DNA of 64,000 bases, taken from the NCBI GenBank assembly GCA_044892525.1, contig CM097885.1:13890001-13954000 (forward strand), read 5' to 3'. The position numbers and the translations under genes were made by a program. Shown in pieces: positions 23,971 to 36,676 of this stretch. The notes under the pieces are model-generated. The model was given only the letters and a program-made list of their open reading frames with translations, was not told the origin of the DNA and ran no database searches. Source of the stretch: Schmidtea polychroa (taxonomy: Eukaryota). The first letter of the stretch is position 1. Every line of letters starts with the position of its first letter.

Positions 23971-26379
23971 AATAAATTGACCATGCATTATTTTATAACA
24001 TATTTTATTACAACATAATGTTTAAATAAGAAAACAAATATTTTACATAAAGGATAAAAGTATAATCATTACACATTCTTAGGTAGGTCAGACTTTGTGT
24101 TAGATAATTAGATGTGGAGAGTAGGCAAAGTAAAGGATCGCCCCAAGTGGCATATAATTCAATTCGAGATTGAATCGAGACAAGATTTTGGTAAAGAAAC
24201 AGATAGAGTAGAATGATATTTGCAAATATTGATCAATATGTTTGCGATAAAATCCAAATCATGGCAAAATTAATATCTTTTAAGTGAAGAGAAGGAGAGT
24301 ATGGCGAAGATTAGAGTAGAATAGAAACTAAAGGCATAAAAGATAAAATAAAAATTGAATTGTTGATCTTAGTAGAATTTTTAGCCTTTCTAACTTTAAG
24401 GTGGTTTCTCCCGAGATATGATTTTTGTATATTTTGATTATTTAGATTATTGATACGATGAATATCTGCTAAACAACTTACGATTAGACAGGTATAAAGT
24501 GATTGAAAAATATTCACGTAGTTAAATTTATACTGTCCACCCACGCATTCTCTGACATTGTGGAAATAAGATGTGTATAGAGAATTTTAAACTCTAAGTG
24601 TCACATACTGGAGTACTGCCTGATTTAGTCGCTTTTTTTTAATTAAATGAAATTCTTTCTCGAATTATTTTTACTTTCTCCTTAGCATGTGTGTTACATT
24701 AGATGCGCCAGAAATGATTAACAGTTCTGTATCTATTTGAGACTACTATATTCTATTTCTGTACAGATGTGTAATGACTAGACTAGACATACTACAATAA
24801 ACTTTTTTATATGACTCAAGAACATAACAATTATTAACTATTACTCTAATCTGCAAATATTTACAAATTTTATTCCAAATTCTATTAAAAACAAAACTAA
24901 AGCTTTCAATCAAAATTCTTCTCTCAATCAAGAAAGAAACGAAAGTTCAAGAAGGAAAATTATTCCAATTTCTATTAGAAACAAAACAAAATCATTAAAC
25001 TTAAAATATTTTATTATTGTTCAAACATAGAATAGGGTTTCATGCTGAACAACCTAAACTAATGTCATTAAAGTTAGTTGATTAACAAAATTACGAATTC
25101 AATTATTTATCGTTTCGCCTCGAAAACTTTATCCAGAATATACAAAGTGTTGTTTTTTTTATATTAATAAAATTAAATAATAGTATTTAAATTTGTAATT
25201 TTTATACATAACATACACCTAATACAATAATTATTGATCGACTTTTTTGGGCCCTACAGTTCTACCACAACACCGATTGTTTACTGCACGTTATCATATC
25301 CATTACTGTCTCCTCAATGCATGGCCACAGTCTCCTGGTAACATATTCATATTTATTGCTGAGATATTCGCTCCTATATCGATCATCCCTTTGTTTCTAT
25401 TTCTTTTACTTCGACGGTGATGGTTAATGTTGGTCCGGCAGGTGTCTACATTATTGAAATTGTTCTTGTGTCGACATCTTGTTCTACGCTTTGGCTTTAT
25501 TGATTATCGTTTGGCTTCCTCGACAACATTGACTTCTTGACTGAAAACAAGAAGACAGTAAAGCCTCGTCTCGGAAAGTGAAAAAGGATCCGGAAGCTGA
25601 AATCTGCGCGAACAAGCCTATCCGATTGGAAACATTGATAATTTAATGCTTAATATAAATTTCCTTTTACTTATTTATTCATTTGATTCTGTCGTTTGCA
25701 CTATTTGAAATATAGTTGTTTTTTAATCCAAATGAAATTTAAAGCATATCATTTTGAATGGTAATTAGCCTCTGATAGGAAACAACTGTAGTTTAGTCTT
25801 ACGTTTTCAACTTCAAATTTTCATTTATTTAAGTAAAAATCCAAATTTGAGGTATCAAGTAACGACAAATAGATAGGTCAAGTGAATATAATGACGATAG
25901 GGACATATGAGATAGGGTGCTACATTATCTATGATACGTCTGTGAACCCAGATGCATGTCAGGATATTAACATTTCTTGTGAGAGGCTCACCTTTAGATG
26001 ATGGCACTACTATGTTGCTATGGTTGATTGAAGTGAGAGAGTTTGTAAGGCCCGGCAGAATCACCTTTACAGTCTGCTTTAAGACTGATTGGGTAAATAT
26101 TGTGAGTGCAAATTTTATGTTTATAATTAACTATTTAAATAATTAATTATTTACCATAAAAATACAACCAAAATCTAATTCTTATAACGTTTATTAAAAT
26201 TCACAAAAAAATATCTTAAGATAGAGATCATAAAATCTTTCAAACGTTCATAAAGTTCAAAAAGTTAAAATTTTAATAAATTTATTCCTGCGATTATTAT
26301 TTTTTAATTCTTCCTTGACAATTTTTGATTTTTTGTTTTAAAAATTTGAAATTTGATTTTAATTATGATAATAATAACA

Positions 26380-26620
26380 ACAAACGTGTGACAATAAACA
26401 TAAGGATCACGTACAGCACAGTCACCAACTAAATTGGAGCGCCAACGTCTTTTGCAATGGGCAGTTACGAAAGGAAATATGGTAAAGTGTGAGCAACAGC
26501 AGGAAAAGGCCGATATTTTCAAAGATAAACATAGATTGTTCTCCCAACTCGTAATCTACCTTTAGAAATAGAGGCCACCTTCTTATTTAATTTCAACGAT
26601 TGTGTACATTCCCAACATGG
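26380..26620 (-). pseudogene. Decayed GPS motif plus transmembrane fragment (PKD1-like or adhesion GPCR); copy at ~62520-62800
   Basis: Minus strand WENNLC..FSCCCSHFTIF (SCRCSHFTIF..TIDF in copy 2) followed by the hydrophobic LVTVLYVILMFIVTR; several stops and frameshifts. Confidence 0.45.
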
Positions 26621-26630
26621 TGGTTGGCAT

Positions 26631-27392
26631 GGTAACCCTTCAAAAGGGTCCCGATAATATGGCCTCAATATTACGGCCCACAACATAAAGGACCATGGCA
26701 AAACGGCCCTGAAAAAAGGGCCTCTGATATAAGAGTCTTTGACAGAAACAATCCCTGTCATAAGGGCACACGCCAAAATGACCGCGTAGATAGAAATATT
26801 TGTATTTAGAAAAGAAATATTGTACGTATGTTGACTTCAAAACGACGTCATCAGTAACCTTTTGAGTGTCAACTGGTAAATGCCATAAGAATGCCTACAT
26901 ATCTCTGGCTACAGACGATTTAAACTGTTTAAAATAGGTTCTATACGTTTGTATTTACACATGCATATAGTACCATGGAAAGGTTTTTGGCGAGATAGTA
27001 GTTTGAATATCATATGGACCAGGAGAGGCCGGAATAGTAAATTTGAAGCGAATTCGATCAATCTTGTCAGAATGAATGTATCGGAGTCGTCACGAAGAGA
27101 ATATGTGTCGGTGTGTTAAAATAGAATTTAGGGTTTTCCTGAGCGAGTGTGGATAAGTGTATAGTTCTTGATCGTGTATGAAACTTTCAGAAACAGTGTG
27201 TTTTTGTATACTTAGTGTTTAAGCGGTTCTATTAGTGGGGGCCCCTTTAACAGGGGTCGTTTTTGTGGGGGGCCTTTAGATCAGAAGCTAATTTGCCGGA
27301 GGCTTTGATGTCGGTGGCCGTTTTGTCAGACCCGTAATATCTATGTCCTTTTGACGGGGCCGTTTTGTCCTGGGCCCTTTTGACGGGACACC
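26631..27392. mobile_element. Mutator-like non-autonomous element (copy 62812-63518)
   Basis: TIRs GGTAACCC(T/G)TCAAAAGGG / CCCTTTTGACGGGACACC with GGCC/AAAAGG subterminal repeats; 9-bp TSD GGTTGGCAT/GGTTGGCAC. Confidence 0.75.
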
Positions 27393-28474
27393 GGTTGGCA
27401 CGGGTATATTGATGTTTAAAAAATTAACCTAAATATTCATAAATATTGAATACCAATATATCAGTGACATTAGGACGTAGAAACAACACACAAGCCAGAT
27501 TCTGAGTTGTTTGCCAAACGGAACTCTATTACTATCCAAACACCTGTAAGTTTGACTTAAACAACCTTCTAATTCTGATGTACCTAAAGAAATTCAGGTT
27601 CCAAAATATTTTCTAGTACTCTTTCGAGTTAAGACCCATATGGTTGTCTTATTATCTTATATTTTTCATATCTTCAGGATATCAAGATAAATTTCGTTGT
27701 TTGTTAAAAAGTAAAATTCATTCATAAAATTTATCAATTTTGTGAATTTAAATATAAATTTTCATGAAATCTTTTTTGTTTAAATAATATTGTATTTGAA
27801 AAGTTTGCGAATGAAAAGTGAATTAATTAATGAAATGATACATTATTTAATATAAAATCAGGTCACTAGTTCCTAAAAAGGATCTCAATACAACTGCAAA
27901 TGGTGGGCGAAGCAATACAGAGTAACTATAGTATTATTATTATTATATTAACAATATTATTAATAGTAAATCAGACCTGCTTTAAGACTGGGTAAATATG
28001 GTGAGTTCTAATTTTAGATTTATAATTAACTATTTAAATAATTAATTATTTACCATAAAAATACAACAAAAATCTAATTCTTATAACGTTTATTAAAAAT
28101 CACAAAAAAATATCTTTAGATAGAGATCATAAAATCTTTCCAACGTTCATAAATTTCATAAAGTTAAAATTTTAATAAATATAATCCTGCGATCATTATT
28201 TTTTAATTCTTCCTTGACAATTTTTGCCATTGATTTTTGTTTTTTAAATTTAAAATTTTAATTTTAATTATGATAATAATAACAACAAACGTGTGACAAT
28301 AAACATAAGGATCACGTACAGCACAGTCACCAACTAAATTGCAGCACCGACGTCTCTTGCGATGGGCATTTAGCATTAAAATATTTTTTGTTTAAATAAT
28401 ATTGTATTTGAAAAGTTTGCGAATGAAAAAGTGAATAAATTAATGAAATGTTACTTTATTTAATATTAAATCAG

Positions 28475-29034
28475 GTCACTAGTTCCTATAAAGGATCTCA
28501 ATACAACTGCAAATGGTGGGCGAAGCAATACAGAGTAACTATAGTATTATTATTATTATTATATTAACAATAATATTATTAGTAAATCAGACCCGAGACC
28601 TTTAAGAGATCCAAATTTCATGAAAGATGCAAAGCATAAATTATTTAAAGTAATCCATTTCATTATTAAAAGAATTCGTAACAGAATTTTATAGTTTCTA
28701 GAAAGCACCGATTACCCTCATCGAATCGACAGCTCTAATTTTGGTAAACTTACCCAAACAGATGTGAAAGCAATTTTCGAACATTTTATCAGTATTGTTG
28801 TTGCGGATTTTCGTTTAAATGCCTCACAAATAGCTGCCGAAGATCAAATTTTACGGCACAAATCAATTTGATATAACACAATATTAGTATTGCAATTAGC
28901 TGCATTTTACTGCCATTCAGTACAGCAATAATTTCTCCACAACTCATATAACATCAGCGGCGGCTTTCCCGTCAGTTCCACTCGTCATAGGAGCGCTTGA
29001 TTTGTTGAGGCGATTTGTCAGCGCTTTTATTCGG
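28475..29034 (+). pseudogene. NDC80: NDC80/HEC1 N-terminal calponin-homology fragment; exons 28475-28534, 28583-28649, 28695-~28855, 28900-29034
   Basis: KSDPRPLRDPNFMKDAKHKLFKFLESTDYPH..DVKAIFEHF..EDQIL / HFTAIQY..VPLVIGALDLL aligns by eye with the NDC80 motifs DPRPL.D..F, FL....Y, WP..V.AL.WL; the third intron lacks a GT donor in compatible phase; no coiled-coil exons follow. Confidence 0.72.
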
Positions 29035-29349
29035 GTGAATTTTAATTTCATTTCAAATTTTGATTATTTTGATTATAATTATTATTCAAATTAATTTATA
29101 TTAAATGTTTTTGATTTAATTATATAATTAATATTATTATGCTGTTGATATTGCAATTGGCAAGTTGCCGTGAGCGCTCCGCCACATAGAGCAGTTACAA
29201 ATGCAAATCAAACTAATCTATCAGTTATTAATCTATCAAAGGAATTATCACAATAGTTATCTCACATAATAATTCAATAAATCAAATCAATAATAATAAG
29301 GCAAATCAAAACCCAAAATAAATTTTTTATTGAAATCTTTTTTAATTTG

Positions 29350-30931
29350 TCATAATTTTTCAATTCTGCACCTGAGCAGCAATTTATCACTTTTGGCTGC
29401 TAATTTATTGATTGAGATGGCATCAGGATTATAATAAAAGCCAATTGGATCATTTCTGTCATCTGACGGTTTCCCCCATCCGGCTGCATCAGGGCGATCT
29501 GAATATTTCCTTGACTTGCTCATATAAATGCTGCCATTTGCTGGATCGATCACATCGATTGTCACGGATTGATTGAACGGCCAATGCAATTGCTCATCAT
29601 TTGCCCCACGCATCAAACAGAAACCAGCCCCAATACCCCAATCACCCCCAATCATCACATCCAAGCACATTTTGTAACCGATTGGCCCAGAATAAAATGC
29701 CTCGCTGTAAATATCTTCATTTCTCTTTTGTTGTGAAAATTTATCGATTTGCCATTCAAAAAATCCATAATTTTTATATTTTTTATTTGCTAATTTTGTT
29801 TCATTCTGCCGAATTTCATTGGCGCATTTCGCCATTTCAAGCTGCAGCTGAATCTCAAATTCAAACACGTCAATAAATCAATAAATCACCTTTTCATTCC
29901 CCTGTTGCAGCCGCTGCTCGCATTTCTCTTTCATCTCATCAATTTGCTGTTGACATTTTGATTCAATCTGCCGAATTTCATTGGCGCATTTCGCCATTTC
30001 AAGCTGCAACTGAATCTCAAATTCAAACACGTCAATAAATCAATAAATCACCTTTTCATTCCCCTGTTGCAGCCGCTGCTCGCATTTCTCTTTCATCTCA
30101 TCAATTTGCTGTTGACATTTTGATTCATTCACATCAATTTGCAGTCTGACCTGCTTTGCATTAATAATAAATCAAATCAATAATCATACTTGATTGATTG
30201 ATCCAATATTTGTCTCCATCTCCATTCTCAATGAGCGATTCTCATTCTTCAATACCACCATTTCCTCATTCAATTCTTCTATTTCATCTCTGTTCTCCGC
30301 CTCTTTCTTTTCAAGATTGGCCAGTTTCACCTACAATCACAAATATCAATTAAATTAATTACAAATACAATTTTACATTGATATTGATAATTTCATTACG
30401 CAATGTCACATTCTCGTCTCTCGTTGCTTGTATCTCATTGCATAGATTATTGATCTGATTGATCAAAAATTTGCTATGGGCTTCAGTGTTCTCATTGAGA
30501 TGGACTTTCATTTCGTCCTTATCCATCTCATTCATTTCGCATCCAATTCTATAGAACGGGCATCTTAGTGGCTGCTTGTTACATGTTCTCATGTGGCTCT
30601 CCATCACCTCTAATTCATCTTTGTAATGACAATTTTGCATTGGGCATCTCACTATCACTTCTGAAATCCTTAAATTGGCTGCATGATCTTCAGAAACATC
30701 CTTATTGAAATTTATCATTTTCTTTCCACAATGTTTTGCTGCTCCTGGACAGAATTTCTCTTTTCCATCCAAATATTGTTCAATGCAATCTGAACAAAAG
30801 CCACAACCGCAAGGAGCATTGCAAGCTTTTATCATTAAACATTTGGAAATTCTGCATATCAATTCATTGCTGATTTCATTATCAAATTCAAATTTATTCC
30901 TCTTCATCATTTCCCATACGCTTGCAAACAT
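29350..30931 (-). CDS. TRAF-like: TRAF family protein (atypical RING, zinc finger, coiled coil, MATH); exons 30931-30377, 30330-30190, 30150-30052, 30009-29890, 29847-29350; ~470 aa
   Basis: All four introns are short, GT-AG and phase 0; RING CRISKCLM..PCGCGFCSDC..CP; TRAF zinc finger C..H...C..CPF..GC; MATH WQI..IYSEAFYSGPIGYKMCL..LMRGANDEQLHWPF; open to TGA. Confidence 0.92.
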
Positions 30932-31258
30932 TTTATCTAAAATTAACAAAATTATCAAAATATTTCAACATTTTACAACATTCATAAATCATACTTATTA
31001 TATTATTATTTCCGCTGACCTTGACAATTTCAATATTTATAATTTGTATTTTGATGTAGATAAACAAACATTTTATAAATATTGTATTTTAGCTTGAAAT
31101 ATTGTTAATGCTAATTTTCAGTTTTTTTCTCATTTATTTTAAATCTTATAAAATTATTTAAATTACAATTTGATAACGAAATGTAAAATTTTAACATTTT
31201 TAATGGCAAACACAAATTAAAATTATATCAAAATATAAAAATAAATATTTTGCATAAA

Positions 31259-31899
31259 ATATTGATCTAATGATCTCGTTATGGTTACAAATATTTGTTT
31301 GACATTTTCTAATGTGTACAAGTTTCCTGTGAGCCCCATATTGACATTTACACATTTTATTGTGACAAAGGTGCAATTATAAAATGTCAAATGTACAAAG
31401 CAATACTGATAAATTGGATTAGATATAACACAATAAAAATTAATTTGTAGCGGATTTTTGTATGATTTTATGAAATCTTTGATCGGTGCAGGGCCTAATT
31501 GACACGTAATTTTAATTGATTCTATCCAATCGTATTGCAGTTCACTGTGCTACTGCATGTGATGGTGAATGTGATGGATATATATACCCTGTTTGCACTC
31601 AATAAACGCACCTATAATATAAATAATAATAAATTAATTATTAAATAGATTAATAAATAAATTGATAAATAGATTAATGAATAAATAAATTATTAAATAA
31701 ATTAATAAATGGATTAATTAATAAATAAATTAATAAATAGACAAATAAATTAATTAATTTATAAATAAATAGATTCTCTCTCTGCTTTCGCCTTTCAAGC
31801 GCATTTCCTCTTGCTTTATTTATATTATCCAAATTGCTTTTGATTTTTTTAATTCTTGTAGAATTGCAAAACTTATCTGGCAGCTAATTCAACTTTCTA
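31259..31899 (+). repeat. ~640-bp block duplicated almost identically at ~44438-45078
   Basis: Direct comparison shows only a few substitutions. Confidence 0.9.
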
Positions 31900-32021
31900 A
31901 ACATTCAATGGAGAATTAGTAAATTAGATTTAGAATTATTTTTAATTATTTAAAAATAAAAAAATCTGAAATTAATTATTAATTTTTTAGTTTAGAATAA
32001 TAATTTGTAAAAATAATTTAA

Positions 32022-32338
32022 TTGCTAATGAAATGGTCATTATATGCATTGGTTGCTAATGAATTGGTCATTATATGCATTGGTTGCTAATGAATTGGTC
32101 ATTATATGCATTGGTTGCTAAGGAATTGGTCATTATATACATTGGTTGCTAAGGAATCGGTCATTATATGCAGTGGTTGCTAAGGAATTGGTCATTATAT
32201 GCATTGGTTGCTAAGGAATTGGTCATTATATACATTGGTTGCTAAGGAATCGGTCATTATATGCATTGGTTGCTAATGAATTGGTCATTATATGCATTGG
32301 TTGCTAAGGAATTGGTCATTATATGCAGTGGTTGCTAA
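32022..32338. repeat. Minisatellite, ~10 copies of a 31-bp unit GCATTGGTTGCTAA(T/G)GAATTGGTCATTATAT
   Basis: Period of 31 read directly; no spacers. Confidence 0.95.
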
Positions 32339-32997
32339 ATAAAAATTACAACTATAGATTCATCTTTAATTTTCTTTGGTAAAGTTGAAAGAATGGTGGA
32401 AGAAATTAAAGTTGGCATGTACAGAGTAGACGTAATTAATGTGGAAATGCTGGGAATTGCTCGAGTACAAAAGGAAGAAACATTTACAAATGTTGTATAA
32501 AGAAGGAAACAATTTACAGAAAGACAGAGATACGCTCATCAAAGGCTACATGATAAATCCTATTTAAATTCCAAGAAATCGAGATATGACCGATTAATTC
32601 ATTAGAAAAAGATTACGTGTTGAAATTTCAAGGAAATCGGTCATTGCAATAGAGAATACAAAAAAAGAAAATAGTGCTAACTAGCTGCTCTTTTGGACAC
32701 GGGAATATTAGTTGGGAATGTTTGAGCTGAAATCGATTTATCCTTAAAGCACAAAAGACAGAGTATAGGAACTACATACTTTAATGATCTACAAAACGTT
32801 TCATAGAAAATTTTTAAAATCCAAACACGCGAAAATAGACATGTAATAGTCATAATAATAATAAAGTTAAATATAGCTCATTTTTAAAAGATTTTATTTT
32901 CATCATAAGTTTATTTATTATAATTTCCCTTTTTAAAAAAGTGCTAGCAATCAATTATTAAAATATCAGTAATAAATAAATATCATTACTGGTAAGG

Positions 32998-33061
<64 letters not shown>

Positions 33062-33099
33062 TAATAATTATATTTTATATTTACTTTGTCACATCGTAT

Positions 33100-34060
33100 T
33101 TCATATGCTTTCTGTTATACGCTTTCAGTTATATAAATTTCACAGTAATTCATAACTAGATCTTTATTATAATCCATTTGATATCCGAATGTTACACAAT
33201 CTTTTCCCTAATATTGAATTGACCCAATTTTTTTTAAATGAAGCGTGATGTGAACTTTGACTCTATTTGTTATAATGGATCTCATTGGTACCATCTAAAA
33301 ATGTTGATTATGCATTAGATCGTTCTCATTGATTCTGGAATCTGACCATTTCGCCACAGATAATCACAGACCTAATTCTGTTCCTATCAATTATATAAAT
33401 ACATTTGATATTACATGTTATATTAAGAGTAACAATTATTATATTTGTGTTACCAAGTGTGCAATTTGAAATTTAATATTGTCCAACAGAATGCCCTTTA
33501 ACAATTATACGCTTATAAAATCGGTGATAAAAAGAATTCATTGGATTTTATTATATTTCCCGCAGTTCTCAGCATCAATAAATTCTTTTTGGTCTTGGCG
33601 AGTTTTGTTTTCTTGCGTATACTTTTAGATACTTCTTTAGGTACTTTAAAATAAAAATTCGATTCGTTTTAAAGAAAATATTTATCACTGTCGATCTAAT
33701 TATTTAAAGTTTCACATGAAATGTTCAAGTACCTGATGGGATGCTTAAATTTTATATGGGAAACGCTCAAGTTTTTCCTTTAAAAAATTTGCATTGTTTT
33801 AAAACTGCGTTAAACTTCCTTAGCTGAATTTCTAACCGATGTTCTGTTAGGATTGTTTTCATCAATTATTTCTATTTTTCCTACTTCAGAAACGCTACCA
33901 GTTTATTTAAACTTAGCAAAGATCTTTCCCATAGTTTTCGTTATCGATTGGTTTGTTTCATTTCAACTCTTGTAAATGCCTTCTAACCAAAGTTCCTGAT
34001 TCAAATTTCTCCATATGGAAAACTATTTTTACAAGTGCGTTAATGTAGAACGTAATCACA
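33100..34060 (-). mobile_element. Highly decayed Tc1/mariner-like transposase remnant
   Basis: Minus-strand fragments KFESGTLVRR, KFK*TGSV, NPNRTSVRNSAKE resemble a mariner-type HTH region. Confidence 0.35.
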
Positions 34061-34585
34061 TTTTGCATCAACACTATTGTAATGCTAATTGATTAAATCA
34101 AATACTTTTTGTTGAAATATATATTAAATTTTAATTAATAAATGTTACTCTAGAGCTTTTGGATATGTTTAATTACTATTCAATTTCAAAATGCAGAAGC
34201 TGCTTATAATATTATATTGCATTTGTGAAAATAGCTTACAAACCAATGCAAAAGTAGCCAAAGATAAAGTATTAATACAGAAAGCTAAATAATATTTTTA
34301 AATTCATCTTACTATTATGGTAAAATCTTTAATTTTAAGCTGGCCTATAATCTGTTTGTTTATATTTCATTTATTTTCATTATGACAAAATATCAAATAA
34401 TTTTGGAAAATTAATTTTTCATTTTTAGAAAAAGACATTTAGTAACAATATTTACATTTTATAAATAGTTTTTATATTTTGCTTTTTGTTTATTTTAATA
34501 TTTTAAGCGCCTCATTACATGAACGCAATAGTTGCCAAATCCATCGGTTAAGGAGTGTTTATTTTTGTAACCAATAAGATAGGAG

Positions 34586-35270
<685 letters not shown>

Positions 35271-36446
35271 AATTACTTAAACACGCATGGAAACGATTTA
35301 ATTATAAGAAAGTGCCAATGAAACATTCGTGTCACGATATATATTTTCCTGTCATCATTTCTAAAGGATGAAATATTTTTTTAAAATATTCGATATAATT
35401 AATAATTAATACAATTAATAAATCTGTTCAAAAATCTATAATTTCTATAGTTATTATATCCTACCTGAAGATGAGAGGAAAACTGTCGAAATATATCATG
35501 AAACGAATTTTGACTTGGTGCTTTCTTAAAAATAATTATAAACAATAAAAATAATGATAATAATTATAATAAATGATAATAATAATAATAAACATCAGCA
35601 GTGATAGAAATTTTATTATAATTTCAATCATTTATGAAACATACAAATATATATAATGGAATATGCATAAATCTTTCTTTTTTCGTATTCACTCATTATA
35701 CGGTAGATATTAAAACAATATAAACATAATGGAGGGAAGGCTTAATATAATATAATGATATATTTACAAAAATGTCCTACACTTTTGAAACGAAATTTAT
35801 TTAACGAAATGCAAAATAGTAATTTAAAGTGCACTAAAATTGGAGGCTATAAATAAGTAACAGTTTATTTATTAAATATTATTGATAATCTTATCTTATA
35901 ACAATAATAGAGGTGTCCTATACTTTTGAAACAAGGTATATATATAAACATTACAAGTTTTGTGATACCCAGTGCAAATCCCAATAGTAGACTAGTTTCG
36001 AGCTTTTGGCTCTCATCAGTACTATGCGTGAGGCCCTGGACACCATGCTATGACACTGGGAATCACATCAATTGCAAATTAGCTAATTCACAGAAAAAAT
36101 ACCTGTAAACTTGTAAACATGGCGTAAATATATATATATATATATATACCTAGCATGTCCGCAATGTAGAAATGAAAGTGAATTCCTATGGGTGTGACTT
36201 ATATATCTACCGCCTGTGTTCCTATCGTTAAGTGATGTCAGAAGAGCTCGTTGTATCAACCTTTACTCCACCATGTTGAAATCGTCACCCGAAGTGATGT
36301 ACAATATGTTCTATTGCTTTGCGACGCTTAGGAAGCTAATAATCATTTTGTATGTCACGAGCTAACCTAAACTTAAAATATATTAATATAAATAGTTTTT
36401 AATTTGAAATTTTTTTTCATTTCTAAATATTTCTAAATATTTTAAG

Positions 36447-36676
36447 TGGCTCATAATATGTGCGAGTTGGTTGCGAATCCATCGGTTAGGGAGCGTGTAT
36501 TTGCATTGGTGAGTTACTTTCACCGATATCCTCATTTGAAGATCATTTAGAATTCTCCCCCGAGTACCGGTGTTGCCAATGAGCAAGAACTATATGGTTA
36601 TGCTAAAGTTTTGCTCAGATTTTTCGGTGAGCCAAAACCATCAGAACACATTGCGGCTAATTCCAAATATACCTGA
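36447..36676 (+). other. Duplicate of kinase terminal exons (36447-36508, 36551-36676)
   Basis: Same peptide and intact splice sites as 11402-11631. Confidence 0.88.

Larger units (their letters stand above)
22043..24152. repeat. Long inverted repeat (arms 22043-22741 and 23660-24152) enclosing the ARF locus
   Basis: Arms are reverse complements (e.g. AAGTCTGACCTACCTAAGAATG / CATTCTTAGGTAGGTCAGACTT; GACAAATTCGCATCGTTCTGA / TCAGAACGATGCGAATTTGTC); the left arm has an extra 242-bp insertion. Confidence 0.93.

Noticed and set aside
32022..32338. CRISPR-like array
   Set aside because: Head-to-tail units without unique spacers, no cas genes, eukaryotic context.
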